This document shows positions 42,532 through 54,212 of a DNA stretch of 64,000 nt, piece by piece (position 1 is the first letter of the stretch; each line of letters starts with the position of its first letter). Made by a program: the position numbers and the translations under genes. This DNA is from Gammaproteobacteria bacterium. Lineage in GTDB: Bacteria > Pseudomonadota > Gammaproteobacteria > JACCYU01. The DNA lies in contig JACCZW010000097.1 of assembly GCA_013695765.1 (NCBI GenBank), positions 402-64,401 of the forward strand. The letters run 5' to 3'. The notes under the pieces are model-generated. The model had not been told where the DNA came from, ran no database searches, and was given only the letters and a program-made list of their open reading frames with translations.

Positions 42532-44066
42532 TGAGCCGGGGCTTTGTCGATCTGCGCGTAGCGCACGGTGACGCGCTCTCCGAACACAACGCGGTATGGC
42601 CCTCGTTCACCGACATCATGACCGTGATTGTCATGATCTTTCTGTTGACCAGCATGGTGGTGATCATGCGCAACTGGGAGCTGGTGGAGAATCTGCGCGC
42701 CAGCATTGAGGCGGAGCAACAGGCCGCCGAGGCGGCGCGCGACACGGCGCAGGCCCGTCAATCGGTGGAACAGCAACTCGTGCGCGCGCAAGCGGAGATC
42801 GTGGATCTTAAGGCCGAGCGCGAACGCGCCGCCGTTGAAGCGCGGCGCGACGCGCAACTGCTGGCCGAGCGCGACAGCAGTTTGTCGTCGATCCGCGCCG
42901 AGGTTAAGCGATTGTCCGCGAGTTTGCAGTCGTCGTATGACGAAACGGATTCGCTGCGCGCCGATCGCGCGCAACTGCAAAGTGCAATCGCGCTAGCACA
43001 GACGCAACTCGAATCCGCGCGGGCAAGTGCCGCGGCCCTGTCCGGAAATCTGGCCTCGTCGCGGGAGCGGGTGAGCGCCCTGGAGCAGGAGGTGCGGCAG
43101 ACGGCGGCTCAGCGCAAGGCGTTGCAGACGGCTTTCGAGTCGCAGCGCGCCGACTCTAGCCGCCTGCAGGAAGAGTTGCAGTCGTCCCGTCAGCGGGGCG
43201 GCACGCTGGAATCAGCGCTCGAGCAGGCGCGCCAGCGCGGCGGGCAATTGCAGGCGGAATACGCTGCACGGCAGGCGGAGTTGCAGGCTGCGGAATCGAG
43301 GATCGCGGCGCTTGCGCAGTCGCTGGACGTTGCCGGCGAACGGGTGAGCACACTGGAGCGGGAGATCGAACAGGGACGCAGCGCGCGCGCGGCCTTGCGG
43401 GATTCACTGGCGGGGGGCGAGACGGAGCTGAGCGCGGCGGAACAACGGATTGCGCGGCTCACGCAGACGCTATCAGCCGCGAAGGAGACGGGGCGCGGCA
43501 TGCAGAGCCAGGTCGAACAGGCGCGCACCGAGACCTCCGATCTGCGGGCGGAGTACGACCGTCAGCAGACGCTTCTGAGCGCGGCGCAGGCCCGGGCCGC
43601 GGAACTCGATACGACGCTTAGCGCCCGGATGCAGGAACTGCAAAACCTGCGTCAGGCGCGCGCGCAAGCCGCGCAGCAAAGCCAGCAAAACGAACACCGG
43701 CTGACGGAATTGCGTGGCGATTTCGACACGTTGCAGGTCAAGTACGACCGACTGATTCAACCGGCGCGCAACGCCGACGGCAAACACGTCGTGGAAGTGC
43801 GTTACGACAAGGGCACGGAAGGTTACCGCATCGGTTTGAAAGACAGCGCGGATCAGGCTTACAGCACGGTAGGTCGCGACCAACTGATGCGCCGACTGGA
43901 TGAACTCAAGGCGCGCCATAAAGACGATTTGTATGTGCGCGTAATCATCCCCGACAGCAGCGGCCTGTCCTACAACGAGGCCTGGGATTTCACCAACGAG
44001 ATCCTGAGCAGCTACGATTATTATTATCAGGCGCCCGGCCGCGAATCCGGTGCGGAGGCGCCGTAA
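42531..44066 (+). CDS. MotB/ExbD-like subunit with a very long coiled coil and a non-OmpA C-terminal domain
   Basis: WPSFTDIMTVIVMIFLL TM helix with the conserved Asp; about 360 aa of heptad-rich A/E/Q/R/L sequence; TAATG coupling to the upstream gene. Confidence 0.78.
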   Translation: MSRGFVDLRVAHGDALSEHNAVWPSFTDIMTVIVMIFLLTSMVVIMRNWELVENLRASIEAEQQAAEAARDTAQARQSVEQQLVRAQAEIVDLKAERERAAVEARRDAQLLAERDSSLSSIRAEVKRLSASLQSSYDETDSLRADRAQLQSAIALAQTQLESARASAAALSGNLASSRERVSALEQEVRQTAAQRKALQTAFESQRADSSRLQEELQSSRQRGGTLESALEQARQRGGQLQAEYAARQAELQAAESRIAALAQSLDVAGERVSTLEREIEQGRSARAALRDSLAGGETELSAAEQRIARLTQTLSAAKETGRGMQSQVEQARTETSDLRAEYDRQQTLLSAAQARAAELDTTLSARMQELQNLRQARAQAAQQSQQNEHRLTELRGDFDTLQVKYDRLIQPARNADGKHVVEVRYDKGTEGYRIGLKDSADQAYSTVGRDQLMRRLDELKARHKDDLYVRVIIPDSSGLSYNEAWDFTNEILSSYDYYYQAPGRESGAEAP

Positions 44067-44179
44067 GGGCGTTTCCGCGACGGCGTGTCGTTCCAGTCGC
44101 GTCGTTCTAAATCCGGCGGGCCGGGCGCATTTCGCCCAAATCTGGTCTGGGTGCTACTGGCTGGTTCGGAATTATCCTC

Positions 44180-45379
44180 ATGCGATCTCGACACTCGGAA
44201 TCAACGCAGCATGCGCTTTCGCTGCCAGCGCCCTCCGCGGACGCGAAAGCGTTAAGCGCGGCGCTGGTAGAGGAGGTTCGTCGCGCCATCGACGACGCCG
44301 GCGGCAGCATCGGCTTCGAACGATACATGGCTATGGCGATGTACGACCCGCAGTTTGGCTATTATCACAACGGCTCGCGCAAATTCGGCGCGGGTGGCGA
44401 CTTCGTCACCGCGCCTGAGATCTCGCCTTTGTTCGCGCGAGCGATGGCGGGTCATTGCGCGCGGGCGCTCAAGGAACTCGAAGGCGGCGACCTGCTGGAG
44501 TTCGGTCCCGGCTCGGGCGCGCTCGCGGCGCAGATGCTAACGGAACTGGAGCGACTCGAAGCGCTGCCAGGACGTTACCTGATGCTGGAACTGAGCGGCG
44601 AGTTGCGCCAGCGTCAGCACGACTGGTTGCGAACATCGGTGCCGCACCTGGCTGACCGGGTCGAGTGGCTGCAAGCTCTTCCCGCCCAGGGCTTTACCGG
44701 CGTGGTGCTGGCCAACGAGGTGCTGGACGCAATGCCGGTCACGTGTTTCGCGGTGCGCGAAGCTGACGTCCTGGAGCGACGCGTTGGCTGCGATCCGGGC
44801 GGCGCGCCAGCCTTTCGAGAGTACCGCGCCGATGAGCTTGCGCGGGCGCGGGTGGACGGGATCACCGCGTCACTGCCTGAACCGCTCTGCGACGGTTATT
44901 GCAGCGAATTCAACCCAGCGGTCGATGCGTGGGTGCGCGCACTGAGCGAACGGCTGGAGCGAGGGCTGATCCTGATCTGCGATTACGGTTATCCGCGCCG
45001 CGAGTATTATCATCCACAGCGCCGTAACGGCACCTTACTGTGCCATTACCGGCACCGCGCGCACGCCGATCCCTTCTTCTATCCCGGTCTGCAGGACATC
45101 AGCGCCAACGTGGATTTCACCGCGGTTGCTGAAGCGGCCGCGGCAGCGCAACTGGATCTTATCGCCTACACCAGCCAGTCGCAGTTCCTGCTGGGAAGTG
45201 GGGTACTGGATACGCTGGAACTCGTGGACAATGACGCGGAACGCCTGCGCGTAGCACAGGAAATAAAATTACTGACGTTGCCCGGTGAGATGGGCGATCG
45301 TTTTCACTTGATGGCGCTGGGTAAAAACTACACGCCGCCAGCTCGGTTCTCGCTGCGGGATTTCCGCGCGCGGTTATAA
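44180..45379 (+). CDS. SAM-dependent methyltransferase, MidA/NDUFAF7 family
   Basis: GYY...KFG..GDFVTAPEISPLF, EFGPGSG, ANEVLDAMP and GLQDISANVDF. Confidence 0.92.
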   Translation: MRSRHSESTQHALSLPAPSADAKALSAALVEEVRRAIDDAGGSIGFERYMAMAMYDPQFGYYHNGSRKFGAGGDFVTAPEISPLFARAMAGHCARALKELEGGDLLEFGPGSGALAAQMLTELERLEALPGRYLMLELSGELRQRQHDWLRTSVPHLADRVEWLQALPAQGFTGVVLANEVLDAMPVTCFAVREADVLERRVGCDPGGAPAFREYRADELARARVDGITASLPEPLCDGYCSEFNPAVDAWVRALSERLERGLILICDYGYPRREYYHPQRRNGTLLCHYRHRAHADPFFYPGLQDISANVDFTAVAEAAAAAQLDLIAYTSQSQFLLGSGVLDTLELVDNDAERLRVAQEIKLLTLPGEMGDRFHLMALGKNYTPPARFSLRDFRARL

Positions 45380-45455
45380 GCTGCCGCGCCACCGAGCCAA
45401 CCGCCGCAGACCCTTCCGCTGCCAGTTTGGCGCGCTTGTTCGCCAGGCAAAAGCA

Positions 45456-46046
45456 TTATGTACCGGTTATTTCTGTGCCCAGGAGCGATCCGAATGCGTG
45501 CGTCTCGTGAACATTGCCAGAATAAGCCAGCTTAGCTTCACGATGAAGTTCCTCAGCTAACTTTTCTACATGGTCTTTTGCACGAGTGGCCGCGTCGGGC
45601 GACACTTCCGTTCCCAGTTCACTTTGGTAGTTTGGCGGGAAATTCCCCTCTTTGAATTTAACAGGTCTTTCGCCTGCCTCAGTTTTTGGATGCACTATCC
45701 GATCGCGTAACTTAAAGAGACGCTTCGCCGTTTGAAAAGCACCCTGGGAAGGATCAGGGGTCGGTAGGTTAAGCAGTTTGGCCAAGACCCGATACTTGCC
45801 GAGAGGTCCGTGAGTGGGGTGTCGCGAGAAGAACTGCCTTTCGTCCTCCCACACTTCCGGAGCAATGCGGCTCCCGAGCCAATTAAGGTAGCCTTCGAAA
45901 GCCAAGGCAGAGAGAAGCATACTAGTCAGCGCGAAGAACTTTGCGTCCTCGTTAGGTGACGTAGCCAGCTGCAGGTTTCTGTGGACCGCGACCCAAAGGA
46001 TTCGATGGTTGTAGGTTTCAAACGTTTGCTGTCGTTCTATTTTCAT
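45456..46046 (-). CDS. Hypothetical protein with a HEPN-like R-x4-H motif
   Basis: Helical N-terminus (SALAFEGYLN) and LRDRIVH motif; AT-richer than its neighbours. Confidence 0.65.
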   Translation of the reverse strand: MKIERQQTFETYNHRILWVAVHRNLQLATSPNEDAKFFALTSMLLSALAFEGYLNWLGSRIAPEVWEDERQFFSRHPTHGPLGKYRVLAKLLNLPTPDPSQGAFQTAKRLFKLRDRIVHPKTEAGERPVKFKEGNFPPNYQSELGTEVSPDAATRAKDHVEKLAEELHREAKLAYSGNVHETHAFGSLLGTEITGT

Positions 46047-46066
46047 CGCCTAGTTTCGAGTAGCCT

Positions 46067-47350
46067 TCACAAGTTCGGCGTCTCCGATCCCTGTGCCGAA
46101 CTGGCGATGTTTGCCTGATCGTGGCTCGTGCCGGAACTTCGCATGTCGCGGATCGCCGCGATGCGCTTTTCCCGTAACGCCTGTTTCAGCATCTCGCCCT
46201 TGAGTCCCGAGTTCGCCAGCGCGCCCGCATTCACACCCGCTGCCGCCGCGCTCGCCGCGCGAAGAGTTCCGGCCTGCGGATAGTCGCGGTCCTGTAAGCC
46301 TGCGCGTCCGCGCGCGTCAGCTTCGCAGGCCACCAGAAACTGCTCGAAACGATCCGGGCGACGGAACGCATCGATTCGCTCCAGCACGTTCAAGGTCGTC
46401 GCCGGGCGCAGCTCCAGCGCGCGATGGCAATGCAGGTGATAACGCGCGACCTGGCCGGCCAGTGCCCGGTAGTCGTTAGGCGCCTTGAGGCGATCGCACA
46501 GCGCGGTTACCAGTGCCACGCCGTGCTGCTCGTGACGGTAATGGTGCGGCCATTGTTCACGCGGCGTGACTCCTTTGCCGAGATCGTGCGTGAGCGCGGC
46601 GAATCGAGTCCGCGGATCCGTAGTCAGCCGAGCGGCTTCGGTCAATACCAGCAGGGTGTGAACGCCGGTATCGATTTCCGGGTGATACCGCGCGGGTTGC
46701 GGCACGCCGAACAGACAGTCGAGCTCGGGAAATATCACCGCCAGCGCGCCGCAGGTGCGCAGCACTTCGAAAAACTCGGACGGCGTGCGTTCGCTTAGAG
46801 CCTTGACCAGTTCCTGCCAGACGCGCTCGGGCACCAGCGCGTCCGCTTCGCCACTCTTGACCATCGCGCGCATTAGCTGGTCGGTTTCCGCCGCCACGTC
46901 GAATCCCAGATGTTTGAAGCGGGCTGCGAAACGCGCGGTTCTCAAAATCCGCACGGGATCTTCGGCGAACGCGGGCGATATGTGGCGCAGTACGCGCTGA
47001 TGCAAATCGTCGCGGCCGCCATAAAAGTCGATGACGTTGCCGGCGTCGTCCTCGGCCAGGGCATTGATGGTCAGGTCGCGGCGCAGAAGATCCTGCTCTA
47101 AGGTCACGTCCGGCGAGGTATGAACGCTGAATCCGCGATAGCCGGCCGCGGTCTTGCGCTCGGTGCGGGCGAGCGCGTACTCCTCTTTGGTGCGCGGATG
47201 CAGAAACACCGGAAAGTCCCGGCCGACGGGTTTGTAACCCTGCGCTACAAGGTCTGCCTGTCGCGCGCCCACTACTACCCAGTCGCGCTCCTTGACTGCC
47301 AGCCCCATCAGTTTGTCGCGCACCGCGCCGCCCACCAGAAAGATTTTCAT
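46067..47350 (-). CDS. cca: Multifunctional CCA tRNA nucleotidyltransferase / repair protein
   Basis: [31 protein letters not shown] and HDLGKG (HD domain). Confidence 0.96.
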   Translation of the reverse strand: MKIFLVGGAVRDKLMGLAVKERDWVVVGARQADLVAQGYKPVGRDFPVFLHPRTKEEYALARTERKTAAGYRGFSVHTSPDVTLEQDLLRRDLTINALAEDDAGNVIDFYGGRDDLHQRVLRHISPAFAEDPVRILRTARFAARFKHLGFDVAAETDQLMRAMVKSGEADALVPERVWQELVKALSERTPSEFFEVLRTCGALAVIFPELDCLFGVPQPARYHPEIDTGVHTLLVLTEAARLTTDPRTRFAALTHDLGKGVTPREQWPHHYRHEQHGVALVTALCDRLKAPNDYRALAGQVARYHLHCHRALELRPATTLNVLERIDAFRRPDRFEQFLVACEADARGRAGLQDRDYPQAGTLRAASAAAAGVNAGALANSGLKGEMLKQALREKRIAAIRDMRSSGTSHDQANIASSAQGSETPNL

Positions 47351-47449
47351 GCGCAAAAGCCTAGCGCATAACCGGCGGCAAATGCGACTGTCGCGTGGAT
47401 CCGATCACGATGGCGGTCATCGTGCCGCACGTGCTAAATTTCGTAAGTC

Positions 47450-48502
47450 ATGTGCGATTGTTGCCGGTTTTTAACCATAGTGTTGCTGGCGTTCTCGCTC
47501 GTCGCATGCGACACGATGTCGTATTATGCCCAATCCATCGGCGGTCAGCTGCGCTTGCTGTCCAGCCGCGAACCGATAACGGCGTTACTGAAGGATCCTG
47601 GCACGGATGCGAGGCTAAAAAAACGTCTGGCGCGGGCGCAAACGATGCGCGCTTTCGCAAGCGACGTAATCGGGCTGCCTGACAACGACAGTTACCGCGG
47701 CTATGTGGAACTTGAGCATCCGTTTGTCGTCTGGTCGCTGTTCGCCACGCCGGAATTTTCGCTCACACCCCGGCAATGGTGTTTCCCCATCGCCGGCTGC
47801 GTGCCGTATCGCGGTTATTTCGCCGCGCGCGACGCGCGGGAGTTTGCGCGCGCATTGAGGGCGCAAGGCATGGATGTGTACGTTGGCGGCGTCGCGGCGT
47901 ATTCGACGCTTGGATGGTTCGACGATCCGTTGCTCAGCAGCATGCTTTATCGCGGCGAGACAGAAACCGCGGCCATCATCTTCCACGAACTGGCGCATGC
48001 TGAAGTTTATGCGGCCGATGACGCGGTGTTCAACGAGAGCTTCGCGATGACGGTCGAGCATGCGGGCATGCATCGCTGGCTGATGGCGCACGGCACGAGC
48101 GCGCAACAGCTAGCCTATCGATCTACGTGGCGACGCAGACAGGCGTTTTACGATCTGATCGAAACCGCGCGCGAGCGGCTTTCCGTACTTTACGCGAGCG
48201 ACGCGAAAATCGCGTTCAAGCGCCGGGGGAAGCGGCGGATGATCGTGCAACTGCGAATGGATTACCGGCGTCTGCAACGGCGCGGGGCCGGCGATGACGG
48301 CTACGATTACTGGTTCAATGCGCCGATCAACAACGCCAAGCTGGCGGCGGTCGCGACTTATCGTGATCTGGTGCCGAATTTCGAGCGCCTGCTGGCGCGC
48401 TGCGATGGCGATTTAACACGCTTTTATCGCGAGGTCGTGCGCCTGAGTGAGGTCGCGCCGCGTGAACGCCGCCTACGACTGGAGTCGGCGTTGTCCTGCT
48501 AG
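47450..48502 (+). CDS. Putative zinc aminopeptidase lipoprotein
   Basis: WCFPIAGCVPYRGYF, AYSTLGWFDDP, FHELAH (HExxH) and FNESFA. Confidence 0.87.
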   Translation: MCDCCRFLTIVLLAFSLVACDTMSYYAQSIGGQLRLLSSREPITALLKDPGTDARLKKRLARAQTMRAFASDVIGLPDNDSYRGYVELEHPFVVWSLFATPEFSLTPRQWCFPIAGCVPYRGYFAARDAREFARALRAQGMDVYVGGVAAYSTLGWFDDPLLSSMLYRGETETAAIIFHELAHAEVYAADDAVFNESFAMTVEHAGMHRWLMAHGTSAQQLAYRSTWRRRQAFYDLIETARERLSVLYASDAKIAFKRRGKRRMIVQLRMDYRRLQRRGAGDDGYDYWFNAPINNAKLAAVATYRDLVPNFERLLARCDGDLTRFYREVVRLSEVAPRERRLRLESALSC

Positions 48503-49398
48503 CGGCGCCCGATATAGCCGGGCACCACGGATTCCAGCGAAGTCGGACAGCGCTGCTCGCCGACGCAGACGCTATCGCGGGTTAGCGACTGGTAATTGTC
48601 CAGCGAGAACGGTTTGCCAGGCACGTATTCGAGCACCTGCGCCTGCGCTCTAGACAGGCGCGCCGGCAGGCCGATGACCAGCCGTCTGATACCCATCACG
48701 CGGGCGATGTATCGCACCAGTTCGGCGAGCGTGTAATTGTGCGGACCGCACAGATCGATGCGTTTACCGAATGTGTTGCGGTCGCGCAGCGCGGCCTCAA
48801 AGGCGTCCACGACATCGCCGACATAAACGGGTGCGAAGCGCGCGTTGGGACAGGCCAGCGGCAACAGCGGCGATATCTTAAGCAGGCCGGCGAATCGATT
48901 GATGAAGCTGTCGTCGGGCCCGAAGATTACCGACGGGCGGAAGCTCGTAACGTTAAGATCATCGCCGGCGCCGGCATGGACAAAATCTTCCGCCTCGCCC
49001 TTGCTGCGCGAATAAAAACTGGGACCGTCCGCGGCGTCGGCGCCAAGCGCGCTCATCTGCAACAGCCGCCGCACACCTGTCTGCCGGCAGGCCGCGATCA
49101 CCGCGTGCGCCAGCTCGACGTGCGCGCGCTTGAAGCCCGCGCCATCGTGACCGCGTTCGTTGAGAATGCCGACCAGGTTGATGACGGTGTCGCAACCCTG
49201 AAAATGCCGGCCGAGTTGCACGGGGTCGTGCACGTCGGCTTCGACCAGCTTGACGGTGGGAAGCACGAGCAAACCGCGGTGACGTTCGGGCCTGCGCGTC
49301 AGTACTTTTACTCGCAGCCGTCGTTCCGCCAGCCGGCTGACGAGATGTTGCCCGACGAAGCCCGTGCCGCCCAGTACACAGATGGTTTGCTCACTCAT
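48499..49398 (-). CDS. NDUFA9-like NAD(P)-dependent epimerase/dehydratase (atypical SDR)
   Basis: GGTGFVG, INLVGILNE, MSALGA, Y..SK and RPSVIFGP.D. Confidence 0.88.
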   Translation of the reverse strand: MSEQTICVLGGTGFVGQHLVSRLAERRLRVKVLTRRPERHRGLLVLPTVKLVEADVHDPVQLGRHFQGCDTVINLVGILNERGHDGAGFKRAHVELAHAVIAACRQTGVRRLLQMSALGADAADGPSFYSRSKGEAEDFVHAGAGDDLNVTSFRPSVIFGPDDSFINRFAGLLKISPLLPLACPNARFAPVYVGDVVDAFEAALRDRNTFGKRIDLCGPHNYTLAELVRYIARVMGIRRLVIGLPARLSRAQAQVLEYVPGKPFSLDNYQSLTRDSVCVGEQRCPTSLESVVPGYIGRR

Positions 49399-49461
49399 GA
49401 TGTAAATCGACCTTGGGTAAGTAAACAGACGTTCTTTTAAAACTTTGCTGTCCGCGCGCTC

Positions 49462-50736
49462 TCAGGCCGTCCGGCGCGCCGTCCGGTGCCGTCCTGGTCT
49501 GCCGGCGCCTGCTTTGGCCGGCGCAAGGCGGGGCTTGCGCTCGATCTTGGCCGGCGAGCGAGGGACGGCGAGTAATTCCGGTTCGACATCCGCGGCGGGA
49601 ATCTTGTAGTTGAGAAATTCCTCGATATCCGGCAGGTGAACCGCATAGTCTTCACAGGCGAAGCTGATGGCGTCGCCTTCCGCGCCGGCGCGCGCCGTGC
49701 GGCCGATGCGGTGCACGTAGTCTTCCGCGGATTCGGGCAGATCGAAATTTATGATGTGGCTGACAGCCGGAATGTGGAGGCCGCGCGAGGCGACATCGGT
49801 CGCGACCAGCAGCGGGTATTCGCCGGATAGAAAACCTTGCAACAGCGTTTGACGTTTGCGCTGCGGAACATCGCCGGACAACAGCGCGACCTTGTAATCG
49901 TTGCCGGTGAGCCAGGCCGCGACCTTTTCCGCGACGTGTTTGGTGTTGACGAAGATCATGGTGCGTTCCGGGCGATGCCGGCGCAGCAGGCCGATCAGCA
50001 ACGGGATCTTGTCGGCGTTCGACGGATAATAGATGATCTGGCGCACGTTGTCGGCCGTGACTTGGTCGGACTCGATCTTGATCAGTTCAGGGTTGTCCAT
50101 GTGTTCGTAGGCCAACTCCATCACGCGATACGACAAGGTTGCCGAAAACAGCATGGAGAGGCGCTCCTCCGGCTTGGGCATGCGCCGCAACAGAAAACGG
50201 ATGTCCTTGATGAAGCCGAGATCGAACATGCGGTCGGCCTCGTCCAGCACAAGAATTTCGATGGCGCGCAGATCGAACACTTTCTGCTTGAAATAATCGA
50301 TGATGCGTCCTGGTGTGCCGATGAGGACGTCGACGCCGGCCGTCAGGGTGCCGCGCTGTTTCACGTAGTCGGTGCCGCCATAAATCAACCCCAGTTCGAA
50401 GCCCGTGTGGCGGCCCAGTTGCACGGCGTCCTTGTGAATTTGTATGGCGAGTTCCCGCGTGGGCGCGAGTATCAGCGCGCGCGGCTGCGTGACGGTGCGG
50501 GTGGCCGGCGCCTCCGTGCTCAGTAGCTGCGTATACATAGCGACGAGAAACGCCGCGGTCTTGCCGGTGCCGGTCTGCGCCTGTCCCGCGACGTCGCGGC
50601 CGGCGAGCAGGTTCGGAAGGGCGCGGGCCTGAATGAGTGTGCAGCGCGAGAAACCCGCGTCGTCCAGCCCCTGCTGGACCGGCGACGGCAACTCGAATTG
50701 TGAAAAGCGTATATCGGATAATAGTTGAGTGGTCAT
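49462..50736 (-). CDS. rhlB: DEAD-box RNA helicase RhlB
   Basis: [27 protein letters not shown] and HRIGRTAR; divergent from trxA-rho. Confidence 0.92.
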   Translation of the reverse strand: MTTQLLSDIRFSQFELPSPVQQGLDDAGFSRCTLIQARALPNLLAGRDVAGQAQTGTGKTAAFLVAMYTQLLSTEAPATRTVTQPRALILAPTRELAIQIHKDAVQLGRHTGFELGLIYGGTDYVKQRGTLTAGVDVLIGTPGRIIDYFKQKVFDLRAIEILVLDEADRMFDLGFIKDIRFLLRRMPKPEERLSMLFSATLSYRVMELAYEHMDNPELIKIESDQVTADNVRQIIYYPSNADKIPLLIGLLRRHRPERTMIFVNTKHVAEKVAAWLTGNDYKVALLSGDVPQRKRQTLLQGFLSGEYPLLVATDVASRGLHIPAVSHIINFDLPESAEDYVHRIGRTARAGAEGDAISFACEDYAVHLPDIEEFLNYKIPAADVEPELLAVPRSPAKIERKPRLAPAKAGAGRPGRHRTARRTA

Positions 50737-50865
50737 GGGTCTAGCATAGCGTAATTTGTCGCATGCCGGCTAACCACTGCCGAACGTGGACTTGGTTTAG
50801 TCTATGCGTTAATCTCCAATATATTACAATTAAGCGCGCACCACGCCGCTGCGAAGGCTTATCCC

Positions 50866-51192
50866 ATGAGCGAAAAAATCACCCATATCACCGATGATAG
50901 TTTCGATGCCGAAGTGCTCAGCGCGGACACGCCTGTACTGGTCGATTACTGGGCGGAATGGTGTGGCCCGTGCAAAATGATCGCGCCAATTCTGGATCAG
51001 ATTGCCAGCGATTACGACGGTAAACTGAAGGTGACCAAGCTCAATATAGACGACAATCCCGCCGTGCCGCGTCGCTATGGCATACGCGGCATACCTACGC
51101 TCATGATCTTCAAGGGTGGCGATGTGCAGGCCACCAAGGTAGGCGCTGTATCGAAGTCACAGCTGACCGCATTTATCGATAACAGCATTTAG
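50866..51192 (+). CDS. trxA: Thioredoxin 1
   Basis: [13 protein letters not shown] and GIPTL. Confidence 0.97.
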   Translation: MSEKITHITDDSFDAEVLSADTPVLVDYWAEWCGPCKMIAPILDQIASDYDGKLKVTKLNIDDNPAVPRRYGIRGIPTLMIFKGGDVQATKVGAVSKSQLTAFIDNSI

Positions 51193-51505
51193 GTCGCGGA
51201 TTGTAATAGTTGAAGCGGGCGGAATAAACGCTGGACGATCCACAGGTATGATGTTAGCATCCAGCGAGTTTTAGTTTATTCCTGCCGTTCAGGCATTTCC
51301 TCTTTTTTAGCAAACGATACACTGCCAAGACGACGTCCCCGCGGGCGCGAAGCGTTCGAATTACGCCGTCAAAGGTCAGGTTTTCATCGATAATTAAGAC
51401 CTCTGGCGCCTGCCGAAGGTCGCATGCCGGAATCTGTTTCCAGTGCTGTCGCTCGCATGTGCGTGCCGGTCAGCGCGATATATCCATTGATGGTAGCGCA
51501 CACTT

Positions 51506-52762
<1,257 letters not shown>

Positions 52763-52801
52763 GCCGCTTCACCCCGGTCATCAGCGAGTCACGGTCGCTC
52801 G

Positions 52802-54103
52802 CTAGACTCGACTGCCACCATCGGCGCGGCGGTTCATCGCCCGATAGCCAATATCCGTTCGGTAATACGCGCCTTCCCACCCTACGCGCCGCACTCCCCG
52901 GTAAGCGAGACTCCGCGCTTCTTCGACCGTCCCGCCGAGTGCTGTGACACACAGCACACGCCCGCCGCTGGTGACAATGGACCCGTTGCGTTCGGCGGTG
53001 CCGGCATGGAATACCTTTACATCGTCAGCGTCAATTTCGTGCAGGCCGTCGATCGAGTGCCCCGACTTGCAGGCGCCGGGATAACCGCCCGCGGCCATGA
53101 CCACGCCTAAGGCCACCCGCGGATCCCATTCAGCCTTCGCGTCCGCGAACCTGTCGCCAAGCGCGGCCAGGCAAAGCTCGACGGGATCGGATCGCAGGCG
53201 CATCAACATCGGTTGTGTCTCCGGGTCACCCAGACGACAATTGAATTCCAGCGCGCGGGGCCTGCCCGCGGCATCGATCATCAGGCCGGCATACAAGAAG
53301 CCGGTATAAGGATTGTCTTCGGCGGCCATCCCACGCACAGCCGGTTCGATCACCTCGTGCATGATGCGCGCGTATACGTCCGGCGTGACGATCGGCGCCG
53401 GCGAGTACGCACCCATGCCGCCCGTGTTGGGACCGGTGTCGCCATCGTCGCGCGCCTTGTGATCCTGTGACGTCGCGAGCGGCAGCACCTGTTCGCCGTT
53501 CACCATGCAGATGAAGCTCGCCTCTTCGCCCTCCAGGAATTCCTCTATAACCACCTGCGTTCCGGCGGCCCCAAAAGTCCGACCACCCAACATGTCACGC
53601 GCCGTGGCGATCGCTTCATGCTCGCTATGCGCGAGAACTACGCCCTTGCCCGCGGCCAGCCCGTCGGCCTTGACCACGATGGGCGCGCCGCGCTCGCGGA
53701 TGTAAGCGGTGGCGCTTTCTATATCGGCAAACGCGGCGAACGCCGCGGTCGGGATCTTGTGGCGCGCGAGAAATTCTTTGCTGAAGCGTTTCGAGCCTTC
53801 CAGTTGTGCGGCTTTTTTTGTCGGCCCGAATATACTCAATCCGGCGGCGCGGAATTCATCGACAATGCCCGCCACCAGCGGCGCTTCGGGTCCGACGATG
53901 GTCAGGTCAATCGAATTGTCGCGCGCGAAATCCAGCAAACCCGCGATATCTTCCGCAACTATTTTGATATTGACGGTCTTCGGCTCGCGCGCCGTGCCGG
54001 CGTTGCCGGGTGCTACGAACACGCGCTCGACCCGCGACGATTGCGCGACTTTCCAGGCAAGTGCGTGTTCACGCCCGCCGCCGCCAATGATCAGAATCTT
54101 CAT
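52802..54103 (-). CDS. purD: Phosphoribosylamine-glycine ligase
   Basis: GGGGREHAL, KADGLAAGKGV, QDHK, NTGGMGAYSP and EFNCRLGDPE. Confidence 0.97.
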   Translation of the reverse strand: MKILIIGGGGREHALAWKVAQSSRVERVFVAPGNAGTAREPKTVNIKIVAEDIAGLLDFARDNSIDLTIVGPEAPLVAGIVDEFRAAGLSIFGPTKKAAQLEGSKRFSKEFLARHKIPTAAFAAFADIESATAYIRERGAPIVVKADGLAAGKGVVLAHSEHEAIATARDMLGGRTFGAAGTQVVIEEFLEGEEASFICMVNGEQVLPLATSQDHKARDDGDTGPNTGGMGAYSPAPIVTPDVYARIMHEVIEPAVRGMAAEDNPYTGFLYAGLMIDAAGRPRALEFNCRLGDPETQPMLMRLRSDPVELCLAALGDRFADAKAEWDPRVALGVVMAAGGYPGACKSGHSIDGLHEIDADDVKVFHAGTAERNGSIVTSGGRVLCVTALGGTVEEARSLAYRGVRRVGWEGAYYRTDIGYRAMNRRADGGSRV

Positions 54104-54212
54104 AGTCATACCGCGAGCATAGCGTCGAAGGACAGGTTAGACCAGCCGGCTGTAACCTTTAAGCAAACTATGACAATGATGGATTCTGCAGCTTAAGCCG
54201 CTATTTTTGCGA

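Noticed and set aside
41560-44066. Zorya defence system or flagellar motAB
   Set aside because: No OmpA domain on the B subunit, no very long A-subunit tail, and no zorC/D/E or flagellar neighbours.
51193-51505. Long trxA-rho intergenic region as a novel ncRNA
   Set aside because: A long autoregulatory rho leader is expected, and no distinct structure was seen.
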